DNA of 63,778 bases, filler included, from Circinaria calcarea (taxonomy: Eukaryota), in assembly GCA_051942165.1 (NCBI GenBank). It is 28 parts of 28 records of this genome, joined end to end, with 100 filler letters (N's around TTAATTAATTAA, not from the genome) between each part and the next. Parts side by side here need not be neighbours in the genome. Positions count along the whole stretch, not along the records: positions 1 to 2,197 come from JAVECS010003782.1; positions 2,298 to 4,493 come from JAVECS010003783.1; positions 4,594 to 6,786 come from JAVECS010003784.1; positions 6,887 to 9,078 come from JAVECS010003785.1; positions 9,179 to 11,370 come from JAVECS010003786.1; 23 more parts are not named here. One strand, written 5' to 3'. This document shows positions 1 to 10,968 of this stretch, piece after piece; the stretch's first letter is position 1; every line of letters starts with the position of its first letter. A model generated the notes under the pieces. The model did no database searches. It saw only the letters and a list, made by a program, of their open reading frames with translations, and was not told the DNA's origin. Made by a program: the position numbers and the translations under genes.

Positions 1-34
1 CATCGTCTTTACCTGATACTGACCTAGAACATAG

Positions 35-897
35 CTTGACTTGTCGGGGGCGCAAGCTCAAATGTGACGAGCAGAAGCCGGTATGCGGACAGTGCCAGAA
101 GGGAACCAGACAATGCCAATTTGACTCTGGCCTTACCTTTCGTCACCACCAGAACCCGTCAATGAATCGCAACGGCACCGGCGCTGGCACGGACGATAAA
201 CTGAAGAGATTCTTCAAATACTCAGATACCTTCAGCGCCGATACGATATGGGTGGACATACCCAAGCAAAGTAAGTGCACCCGAACACAGAGACCCGGAC
301 AGGCACTCACAACTTCCAGTAACCTTTGTTAACACGACGAACCCTTACGCTGATTTCTCTTCTCCAGAGCCAGAGCTTGACACTTCAGGCTACCTGGCAC
401 CTTCACCGCCTCTTCCAAAACCTCGAAAAACTTTATTGAGTAATGGTGTTCATATGAGCGACGACATGGAAGGCTTCGAACAAACTCATGGGCTCGAAGC
501 GCTTTCTTCTGCGGCCACCGCGGGTCATTTTCCATATGTTGCGCCTAGCGCGAATATGATTCACCCATCGGCAGCAATTGACGCGGTTCATGACCCATAC
601 TCATTCGATAGGACCACCTCTGCGAGAAATGGAAATCTGCTGTCCCCGTCCCCGGAGAGCCCGACGCTCTCTTCAAACAACAACCTAAACTTCATTCTGA
701 ATCATACATCTGCGATGAGTGCAATGATAGATCCCGATCTTGAGTCTCCTCATTTACCGGTGAATGAAGCTTTGCCAGTTTCTGATGCAGAAGCGGAACA
801 TACAATCCGTGACAGTATTCTGGATTCAAACGGCGATGGTGAGCCTAAGGTCGCCTTTCTTTCATGTCGTTTCTCGGAAACCCAAGGGCAAGGGTAA
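35..897 (+). CDS. Zn(II)2Cys6 transcription factor, partial (5' missing; 3' part apparently truncated)
   Basis: CRGRKLKCDEQKPVCGQCQKGTRQC binuclear cluster. A GTAAGT...CAG intron at about 271-320 joins it to the frame of ORF 436-897. Confidence 0.8.
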
Positions 898-1688
898 ACC
901 GACCTACTTACATACTGCCGGTTTTACAGAGCTCTGATGATTGCTCCTGGATACTGTCGATCATATCATGATGTCCCTAGCAAATCCCGTGTAGTGAGTA
1001 AAGGATTCTTTGGGTTTCTCCGAGCATACTGACATGTTTTGTTGCGTAAAGTCCGATGGATTACGCACCATTATCGCACCATCAGATGGTGCCTGATGTC
1101 GTTTTCAATCATGCATTCTAGATGAAGACATGGAGGATTTCGACAGAAATCATAGGCAGATATGAATGACATTAGTAAGGTTTTATGTTTCTTTGCAAAG
1201 TGACTCAACCCAATCAGAGCCAAGAATTTGACAGTATGGCATTAAAAGCATAATACTGTGACTCTAATCCCTTGAACTTACTCGTCCTGAACGTTCTATA
1301 CACTTATTTCCATTTTCTCCTTGTATTTTCGTTTATACATCTTAAGAAATATCTTGCGAACTGCGAGCTAATTCTGGAACTTCCTCGCCATTCAAAGTTA
1401 GCTCCGATAGGTTTCACAATAGCGTGATGGAATCATTCAAGCTACATGTTCTAGGATATCAGCGATCTTATGATCAATCACACATATAGGCTGAACTCGT
1501 TTAGTGGGCCTAGCAGATTACTTTCAGCGTTGACGACTTTCCAAACGTTTCTAGAGGGCCCCGGCTATGGTTTCCTCATGATTCTGGCAAGCCCGCAACC
1601 GCTATACTTTATACTATCTATACTATATGGTAGTCAGTCTCTTTTTCCCTTCAACTCCTTTTGGATCTTTGGCTGCATCCATCACATC

Positions 1689-2197
1689 ATGGGCAAGCAG
1701 AGAAAAGCACATCACCATAAATCACCCCTAGCCGACCCCTCAGTTAAGCCAACTAATCACCAGTGGCCACAGAACAGCTACGGCAACAACCGACCAAGAA
1801 CGAAATCACACTCCAATCCAACTCGCATCGCCACTCATCCTCACTCCTATTCTCACCACAAACCCACCCACCACAACCACTCCAAACCGAGACCTCACCG
1901 CCCACATCCACAACCAGCCTCCACCACTACCTCCACTTCTCCTCCCCGCCATCCTAATTCCAATTCCACCGCCATCTCCAAGACCCCCTGCGCCCTCCGC
2001 ACAGACTACCACCACATGAAGCACCACTCCACCATCCGTGCCATCTTTGCCGAGGGCTCTTTACTCGAAAGCAAATTACGCTTGTTCCTCGATGGGTTAG
2101 CCGGGTTTCTGAAAAAGGATCCCGAGGCGGAGGAGATGGATTGGGAGCTCTGTGGGAGGGTGGAGGTTGTTGAGATGGACAAAGGGCGGGATAGGGA
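1689..2197 (+). CDS. Hypothetical His/Pro/Ser-rich protein, 3' truncated
   Basis: Open frame from ATG (MGKQRKAHHH...) to the contig end, with an EEMDWE-type segment; no recognisable domain. Confidence 0.35.
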
Positions 2198-2297
2198 NNN
2201 NNNNNNNNNNNNNNNNNNNNNNNNNNNNNNNNNNNNNNNNNTTAATTAATTAANNNNNNNNNNNNNNNNNNNNNNNNNNNNNNNNNNNNNNNNNNNN
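2198..2297. other. Artificial contig linker (N-run + TTAATTAATTAA + N-run); first of 27 such linkers
   Basis: The same 100-nt spacer recurs about every 2.28 kb. TTAATTAATTAA gives stops in all six frames, and the flanking contigs decrease in length (about 2196 to 2170 nt). Confidence 0.98.
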
Positions 2298-3512
2298 GGA
2301 TTTATAGGTCCCAACCGCTCCCAGCAGTGGCAAACAGTGCAGAGTGCAGCGTGGAGGCGACTAACCACAACCACAACCATAACTGTCTCGACAGTATACC
2401 ATACACCTACCAAAACCCTTTCCCATAAACATAGCGTAGAAACTGCCGTAAATACTTCCCCGGCTCTTACTATTAACAAATATTTATCTTATTAAAAAAG
2501 GGGTAAGTTAAAAAAATAAAAAATTACAGGAATTTAAATAAACCCATGACGAAAAGGGATTTTATTTTTTTGGGGTATGTGGTAAGTGGTATATAGTGTT
2601 GTTTGGTTCGTTGTTTTTCTTATAGAATTTTCACCGGGGGATATGTTACTATTTATAATTTTTAAAAAAATAAGAGACATTGGGTTTTCAAGGGGGTTGG
2701 TTCTTCTTCATTTTACAAATTATCATTTGGAAAATTTCTTCTTCTTCTTTTTCTTCTTCTTCTTCACGCCAACAAAACGTCCATTGTTTTGAAAAAATAA
2801 AATATATAGTATATTAGAACCGTGGTGGACCAACATTGCACCGACAGGGCCTCGATTTTTCCTAACACGTAGCTAATGGGCGTTTTCCTGCGGAATTTTA
2901 GGGGGGTTGGGGAGGAGGGGGAGGCCAGTTTATAAAGATGTGAAGAAGGAGGAAGTATTCTTTGTCTTGATTGGTATTGGTATTTGTCAATGACTGCATC
3001 ACCCTTTTGCCAAGACCCTCCCTACCCTAGTTCCAATGCGATCCTGATTGTCACAGGGGAGGAGGAAGGAGCAGGCGGGCCTGCGGGGCCATAAATAAAG
3101 CTTTCGAGTAGGGCAGTAAATAGAATCAATCGTTCCTATATCCATCATCTACATGCTTGCACTCCCGTGACGCCCGATCAAACTTCGCTTTCCGCTTCGT
3201 GCTGCTTACTCATTGCTACACGTAGTAGATCGCCTAGTGGAACAAGTCGCATCTACTGTATTGCCCCTCCAAACCTCACTTCCCATCTCGAGAGTTTCTG
3301 GAGTAAGTAGACTTCATCAGGCAAGGGCGGCGTCCGCTAAAGTGAGTTAGTGGAAAGGAAGGGATCCTTCTGTGGGGGAAGAGTTCGGGGTTTGGTTTAG
3401 CAGGTGTCCCTCTCAGGTGTGGATTGATTCGATCCTTTCTTTTCCTAGTAAACGTGGCAGCTGACCGTCCCCAGTCAGACAAGGTGGGATGAAGTTTCCA
3501 TTTGTGTTACAA

Positions 3513-4493
3513 TCAGGTAGATTTTCTCCTTCTCTCCCACACAACCTGCGCTGGCTCCAGCGGTCGGGAGAATAATGACTGAAAGGATGCCTGCATCAGC
3601 TAGGAGCTTGCATTATGTGCCGAGAAAGGGGGGACTTACAGAATAATCCGTCTCCACAACCCCTTTCCTCCCATCCACATTCTTCAATCTAAACTCCCTC
3701 ACCATAACCGCCACAATCAACGTCAACTGTAGATACGCAAACTGCTCCCCGATACACCGATGTCTTCCCGCTCCGAACGGTAGGTAGATACTACTAGCGC
3801 CCGTAGATACCAGCCCATACCCGTAATCCTCCTTTTCGTTATCCTCGTCTTTTGGGTCGGTCATACTATCCCAGCGGTGAGGATCCCAGGTACCCGGATT
3901 AGGAAAGTGCTCGCTGCTTTTACTCATGAAGCTGGGTGCGGCGAGGAGGACATGCGAGGATGGAACAACCCAGTTTGTACCTTCGATAGGGAGGGGGGTT
4001 TTGGCTTTTCGCATAATGGAGTGGATTGGTGGATGGAGACGGAGGGTTTCTTGCACTACGTACATGTTTAAAGGGAGGGCTTGGAGGTCGTCGTAGGTTA
4101 GGGGTTTGGTGGTATCCCCGAGGACCCGAAGTTGTTCCTGGTAAAGCTCTTCCATGATCTCGGGCTGCGAGGCGAGACGGAGCATCACCCAGGAGCTGGT
4201 GACGGAGGAGGAGTGCTGGCCCGCCATTAGGAGCGCGACCATCATACCGGCGATCTCGTTGTCGGGAACGGGGGTGCCGTCTTTGTAGACGCTGCGCATG
4301 AGACTCCAGAGCATGTCTTCGCTATCTTTTCCACCTGGTTTCTCTCGGCGGGCTTTGATGATGGCGGCGTACATTTGCGTCGTCTTCCTCTGAGCTATAT
4401 CACGCTTCCTGTTCTGGGGTAAGGGAGCCCAGGGAAGCATGAAATTCAAGGGCGTGAAGCCATTATCGAGGTCATGGTACAGATGGGCGAAGG
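3513..4493 (-). CDS. ERG11: Sterol 14-alpha-demethylase (CYP51), 3' half
   Basis: AGQHSSS I-helix, ETLR, WDPHRWD, DYGYG and heme motif [10 protein letters not shown]. Intron 3579-3639 (GTAAGT..CAG), then last exon [21 protein letters not shown]. Confidence 0.97.
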
Positions 4494-4593
4494 NNNNNNN
4501 NNNNNNNNNNNNNNNNNNNNNNNNNNNNNNNNNNNNNTTAATTAATTAANNNNNNNNNNNNNNNNNNNNNNNNNNNNNNNNNNNNNNNNNNNN

Positions 4594-4758
4594 CTCAGTC
4601 GTAGGACCTTTGCTTGGAGGAGCATTCACCGACTACGTGACATGGCGGCTGGTACTTGCCACTTAACGGATTCTAATTACTTATGCTAATTCTTTCAAAC
4701 AAACAGGTGTTTCTACATCAATCTTATAATTGGCAGTGTTACATATACGAAGCTATAG
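4594..4758 (+). pseudogene. DHA2-type MFS transporter fragment (frameshifted, truncated)
   Basis: SVVGPLLGGAFTDYVTWR, an intron, then WCFYINL motif. An extra base sits before the donor and a stop follows shortly after FYINL. Confidence 0.65.
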
Positions 4759-5120
4759 GGCTTGTTAAGTCACGTGTTACCCACGGGTAATGTATGATCC
4801 ATGCTCCACACTCTCCACACACAGAAAGGAGGTGCATTACCGGGAGGCCGCTACTCTTTTAACAGGCTGCACGGTATGACCGGAATATATGTATGGATAA
4901 GTGCTACTGAAATGCTATAATGATACTATGAAATGCTGTGTGTATATGAGAGTGTAGAGAGTATGGAGAGTGGGTGTGGGAGAATACTTAGGGAATTGCT
5001 GAGATATGGAGCGTAAGGCGCGTTCAATCAACACTATTTCCCCGCCATCTCCTCCATGCGCTCCAGTTACTGTAATATTCGCTTTTTTCTTGGCCATTTC
5101 GGCAACGCCGGTTTTCACAA

Positions 5121-5532
5121 TATCCCTTAAAGTATTGCTTATACGGGCAGAACCGTGCACGGGATAGGGGGTTTCAGGCACCAAATAAATCTTAATTCTG
5201 GCCAATCAGCGGAGAATAAATGCCCATTTATGTGGTAATTTGTGCGGGGGAATTAAACTCCCTTATTAATATACCGTGCGTATTAAATAGAGAGCCAAGC
5301 ATACCGTATGCTATACAGAAGTTTTGTATTACCCATATTAGTACTAGCGTGAGCTGCAGAGTTTTCCCCTTGGCCTCGCACTTTGCGAACCAGATATCTT
5401 GTATATAGGTTGCACAATATATCGATTATTGCGTACACATTGAATACCGTCTTAATGCATTGATCAAGTCCCTCCCTGCCATACTTTTAACAGTGCACGG
5501 TTCTGTCCGTATGAGCAATAATTTAAGGGATA
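5121..5532. mobile_element. Putative MITE (about 410 bp) with 40-bp terminal inverted repeats and TA ends
   Basis: 5121-5160 is the reverse complement of 5493-5532 with 3 mismatches. Both ends are TA, and the interior is non-coding. Confidence 0.75.
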
Positions 5533-6053
5533 CCGGGCGCGCCCATTAACATTGGGCGCATCAACTAAGCTCGGAGCTTATATATTTAAGCTTTGGATAC
5601 CCAGATTATGGTAGTGCCCGCTGTGGAGCTTAGTCAGCACCTGCCCATATTTAGTCTTCCCCCACCACTTAGACTTAGCAACACCCCAACAACCAAGTAC
5701 CCTCCATAGTACAGTCCCTTTCTGCATAGGGTTACACCGCTCCACCCCTGCGCTGATTAGAACGGACAGTACGAATATTCTATGTATTCTATAAAAAGAA
5801 AGGAATAAGTAAAGGCATAGCCCCTATATAAATTGTAGTGACGGTACCCTATATATTCTATGCGAGCCGTGTGTGCGCTAAGCCGTAGTAGCTTGAATCG
5901 AGAATAGCATGGGTCTGAATCGTGACAATTTCCATCTGCTTTTATTCATATGTTGCGATATTCACTGCCTTATGGACCCCATGGAGAATGTATAAATCTT
6001 CTATAGTGTCCAACACAAACCATTACCCCCGTTGTTCACTGGAATACATTGTC

Positions 6054-6786
6054 TTAAGAATTTGCTCCCGCCCCTTCAGCATTATCCTCATTTGTCATCC
6101 TTATCGGTCCAAGAGATTCAAGGTCCACTGGGGCCGCCGAGATCAGGGTATCTTCGACGTAATAAGGATCTCCCAACCAGGCGAGGAAGTCTCTCCATTC
6201 GTCAGTCAAGCACCTCTTAATACTAAATAGAGGTGAGAGCAGGTGGTGTTGTAGCTTTTTTGATTTATCCCTAAGATAGCAAGGTGTTTTGAGTAGGGGT
6301 GACAGGAGATATGACCAGGCGTTTAAAAGGGCCTCGGCAGCCATCACCGATAGTCTCACATACAAGACAGAAGTAGGTGCCGACAAGGCGGACGTGCGTC
6401 GGAAGGCACTGATGCTCAGTCTCAAGTACACCAGAACTTTATGGCTGTTGGGAACGTTGAGTGAGAGCCTTGGAGCATATTCCGCTATCCATCTGAAGAA
6501 GCAAAGTAAAAAAGTTTTGAACGAAGTCTGTAAGAATTCTATCCAAATGTCATGGTACCGCGCAATCACGGCTCCTAACAGTGCCAAACCTACAGTAACC
6601 CAAGGGGACCATTGGCTAACCATTGTCGGCGATTCGGACTCTAGAATCCACGGAGCTTGTAGAGAATAGAGCTCCCGCAGCACAAGATTAGCAATACATA
6701 CAGCTGGAGATATCACCAATATAGCCATAGATATCATGTACACCGTTATAGCGAGGTACTTTGCGGTAAAGTTTTGTATAGTGTTA
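6054..6786 (-). CDS. Hypothetical membrane protein, C-terminal part
   Basis: 229+ aa ORF with two hydrophobic segments (ISMAILVISPAVCIANLVL; WVTVGLALLGAVIA) running to the contig edge. Confidence 0.4.
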
Positions 6787-6886
6787 NNNNNNNNNNNNNN
6801 NNNNNNNNNNNNNNNNNNNNNNNNNNNNNNTTAATTAATTAANNNNNNNNNNNNNNNNNNNNNNNNNNNNNNNNNNNNNNNNNNNN

Positions 6887-7701
6887 AACGCTACAAGCCA
6901 GGCGATACGGATCCCGCAATCCCTTTGGCTCTTTCCAGCTTCCAACGCCTTTGGGTCAGTATTCATCCCTCGGAGAGAAGCAGTTTGGCCTACAGAGGCC
7001 ACCAACTCAACGAAGCAGTATGGAGAACCCAGGCCCTTAAATCGATTCGAGGTGGCTCGGATACGTGGTATGACTTTGGGCCTCGCGATTCTGATGAGAT
7101 GAAATATGAATGTGATGCTGGCCTTGGAAGTCCTTTGGAGGTTGATTGCACTCAAATCGAATGGCATCAACTCTACCCTGCATCTGATACCCTGACCGTA
7201 GGACCGACGGCAACTACATTTTTCCACTCCAGTACGTCGACATTGTGAATACACAAACACAGCCATTAATGATTCTTGCTAGACACCTGTTATCTTGCCA
7301 TCTCCGCCACTTTAGCTATTACTCTCTCCTGGGCCCAAATCCGAACCGCATTGGCCGCACTCATGAATGTCTGTGTGCAACATCCCATACAGACACCCAA
7401 AGGCGGTAGGGCTTATTACACAGCTCCACACAAGACTAGTGGCAGGGGAAAGAGAGACGCTAAACTCACAGGTATAGCAAACTCAAGAGCTCTCTTTGAT
7501 CAAACCATCTCTTTTTTTTTTTTTTGCTTAGTATACTTACGAATCTGAACCTCGTTAGGTTTGAATGCCCTACCTCCCCACGCCAATATTACCATCTTCC
7601 AACAGCTCGAGCCGTGGGTGAACCCGAGTGCGGAGTTGGAGTCTTGTACGTGGAAAGCGGTGAAAAGCGGGCAATCTGTCAAGAGATGTCACAAAGGTTG
7701 A
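6887..7701 (+). CDS. Cys-containing hypothetical protein, 3' part, 3 exons
   Basis: Frames YECDAGLGSPLEVDC..., TCYLAIS... and GLNALPPHANITIFQQ...KRCHKG* are joined by GT-AG introns at about 7232-7281 and 7472-7558. Confidence 0.6.
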
Positions 7702-9178
7702 AGCCTATACCATGGAGTTATCAAGGCTTCTAACCGTGCATCCGGCGCAGTGTATCGCTCTGAACTGCACCGATACTGTAAACCAACAAGAGCAGTAACC
7801 TCGCTAAGGTAGGGTTATAAGAGCCTCGGCCACAAGGCTTCAAGACCCTGGTGATAAGAGAAAGGGAGAGCGGAAAATAGCTGGTGGTTTTGTAAGGTTA
7901 AATACCTAGGAGCTGCGGCGCTGTCAGTGCAGTTGCACTCTTAGAGGCCCTTGGGGAGATGTTGGGACAATCATGTACATGGACATAGCTAACACAAATG
8001 ATAACCCTATTAAAATCCCTCCGCCAGTAGAACAGAACCCGATTAGGGCCCATAACGGCCGTGTTTTTGGGCATCCATAGGATTAAAACATAGCATTAAA
8101 AAGAGCGAGCACAGCACCGCACACCCATCGAAAATAATAAGTAAACCCTTTCTTTCTTTCACAAACTCTACATTTGCCTAAAAAGGCCCCATTTCGTTCA
8201 ACAAATCCCCCCCCCCCGGGGGGATCTATATCTTCCAGGTTTGCCAAAAACGGGGAAGTTTTTCAATTACTAGAAACTAGGATTTTTTGGTTGGTTGGTT
8301 GGGTTGATTTTTTGTTGAGACCGTAACTTCCTTCTCGCCCCTCCCTCCACTCTTTTTCCGGATAAGGCATGTTTTCTTTGACCTTTTTTTTTTCCTTGGT
8401 AAATTATCCAGGAAAGCTGAAAGCTGAAAGCTGAAGGAAATAATGGGAATGGGAATGGGGTGTGTCTAATGTCTATTCCCTTCTTCTGACCCCCTACCTA
8501 CCTACCTACCTATCTATAAAGCATGTCCCCTTTTTCTTTCTACCTAGCAGGCTAGCACTTGTAACCCGACCCCCCCTTCCTTCCCCCCTCCTTTTTTTTC
8601 TTCTAATTTAAATCTTTTGACGGGTGGTCACCACCAACTCCCCACGTTTGGAAAATGTGTTGTGTGTGGAAAAAAGTGTGTGTGGGGGGGTTTTGCATGT
8701 GGCAGAAAGGTTTTTCTTGGGCACACAAACCTGCGCAATTTCAATTTTTCATGCTAGAGCAATTCCCCCCCTCCCAGGGAAGGTTCTCTGGAAACCTGCT
8801 TTTACACTCATGTGTATATTTTGCTGCTCGCCCTAAACCCTCCGGGGATCAGAGTGAGGGGCAAAGGTGCAGCAAGGGGGTTCAATCAATGATTCTATCA
8901 TAAATACTTACTACTACGAAACAAATAGCCTTTCATAATCAAATTCGATAGATAGCTTTCAATCCCCAATTTTCATTTTCAATTTTTTCACCTTTCCAAA
9001 AAATGGTTTAGTTACCATAGGCACAAAACGTGACCGTAGGGCTTTATTTTAATCCATCTTTTCTCCCCCCTCCCCCCCNNNNNNNNNNNNNNNNNNNNNN
9101 NNNNNNNNNNNNNNNNNNNNNNTTAATTAATTAANNNNNNNNNNNNNNNNNNNNNNNNNNNNNNNNNNNNNNNNNNNN

Positions 9179-9815
9179 CCCGTTTCTGCAGACCGCTGTT
9201 GTGATTGAAAGAAGACCGCCTCCGATTCTTTGCAGTTAGGGCACTGCCTGTTCGACCTTGGCAGCTGTTGCACGTAATGCCATATTAGCAAAATGATCAT
9301 AAATGACCGAGTTCACCAAGGTGTGCTTGTTGTTTGCCACTGTCTCTCTCCTCTGGCAACTTGTTCTCCTCCTCCTCTGTTTCTTCATCAAGTGGAGATT
9401 TTCCGTCGTTAGCCAAAGAAAGGCATACAAGTTCCACGCAGCATTCATCCCCACAAATAAAACACAAGATTTCTTGACCACAAAGAGTACAAAAGTCGGG
9501 TAGACCAACCGTAGGATCTGCTCCCACATCCTGAGTCACACCTGCTGTCTCTCCTACCGTGTTGTAAAGAGTATTGCGGAACACACATGAAGAGATGGCG
9601 GGTTCGCTGAATTGGCATGTTCGGCAGGCGAACATAAGTGTGTTGCTCATTCGGTCTTCCTTGGGGTAGAGCATATTCGAACTAGAAGTCGTTAGCTTTT
9701 CATAGGTAAGATAGATGTGGTCCAAGACCTACCATTCTCTACAGAAACGAAACGTGATCTGCTCTTCGCCTTTATTTTGTTGATCAGCATTGGAAGGCGC
9801 TGGTGAGGCGGACAT
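9179..9815 (-). CDS. RPB9: RNA polymerase II subunit RPB9, 3' truncated
   Basis: MSASPAP...FRFCREC, SNMLYPKED...FACRTC...DVGADPT and LPRSNRQCPNCKESEAVFFQSQQRSAETG. Introns at about 9682-9732 and 9265-9509. Confidence 0.96.
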
Positions 9816-10218
9816 CGTGGGAATTCGAGGATTGGAGGCGGGAAGGTTTGGTTTGAGGGGTTCTATTTGGTGTCACTCGAGGTTGGCTTCTGCGTGATAG
9901 GTGATTTGGGATGACGGTGGTTGTTGGAGTGGTATATCGTAGGCAGACAACGAGTGAGGACGATGGCCTGTGTTGTACTGCTTGAATCACAAGTGAATAG
10001 AGTGGCGCTTCCGACCACTCAGCCCTATCTCGGCGGCTTAGAAATCCCCCGGCCCATGATCCACCCCCCTCGAACTGGCGATGCAACCATCGGAACTCCG
10101 TAAACAACGGTCGTTTCTCCAAGTCATTGCGGGCATTTGCTTCATTCTCTATCGAAATCATTTTGGCTCAAGAGCTATTTTCTAAACAGACTGCAACGGC
10201 AAAGGCATACATATAAAG

Positions 10219-10968
10219 ATGGCAAGTGCGAAGACTTCCACTACCTGAACCCCTACCCCTGCCCCTACTCCCAATCCCATCTTCGGCGCACCTTGCGAGA
10301 TCTCACTAACTAGCTTCGCCAGACTGACGCCGGCCTACCCACAGATTGGGAAGTCCGCCATTCCAATTCCAAAAACCTGCCATACTACTTCAATGCTACA
10401 ACAAAAGAATCCCGCTGGGAACCCCCCTCCGGCACGGACACCGAAAAGCTGAAGGCTTTCATGGCCCAGCATCACAGTGCTGCCACCATACGACCCGATG
10501 CTGCGGCGCAGACAAAAGAGGGCAAAATCCGTGCCGCACATTTACTCGTCAAGCATCGGGATAGTCGGCGGCCAAGTAGTTGGCGGGAAGCGGAGATTAC
10601 AAGAACGAAAGATGAAGCGATAAGTATCATGTTAGAGTATGAGGCGAGGATTAGGAGTGGTCAGTCGAGTTTAGGGGACTTGGCAATCACAGAGAGTGAC
10701 GATAGTAGTGCGAGGAAAAGGGGTGATTTGTGAGCGAGGCTGGGTAATGCTATATATCCAAAGTCTTGGGGCTAACCTGGATGCTATAGGGGCTTCTTCG
10801 GACGAGGGGATATGCAAAAGGAGTTTGAGGATGCGGCATTTGCACTGAAGCCAGGCGAAGTTAGCCACGTTGTGGAGACTGCATCTGGCGTTCATCTGAT
10901 TGAGCGGTAGGTTCACGGTCCGTGCAGCATAAGGTTTTTAAGGCTAAATTTGGGACAGGCTTGAGTAA
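10219..10968 (+). CDS. ESS1: WW-parvulin peptidyl-prolyl isomerase Ess1/Pin1, complete, 4 exons
   Basis: ATG, GC-AG intron 10222-10322, WW domain ([23 protein letters not shown]), [17 protein letters not shown], intron 10730-10789, [13 protein letters not shown]...SGVHLIER, intron 10907-10958, LE*. Confidence 0.95.

Noticed and set aside
2242..2253. TTAATTAATTAA as a biological repeat or piggyBac site
   Set aside because: It is always centred in N-runs, so it is an assembly spacer.
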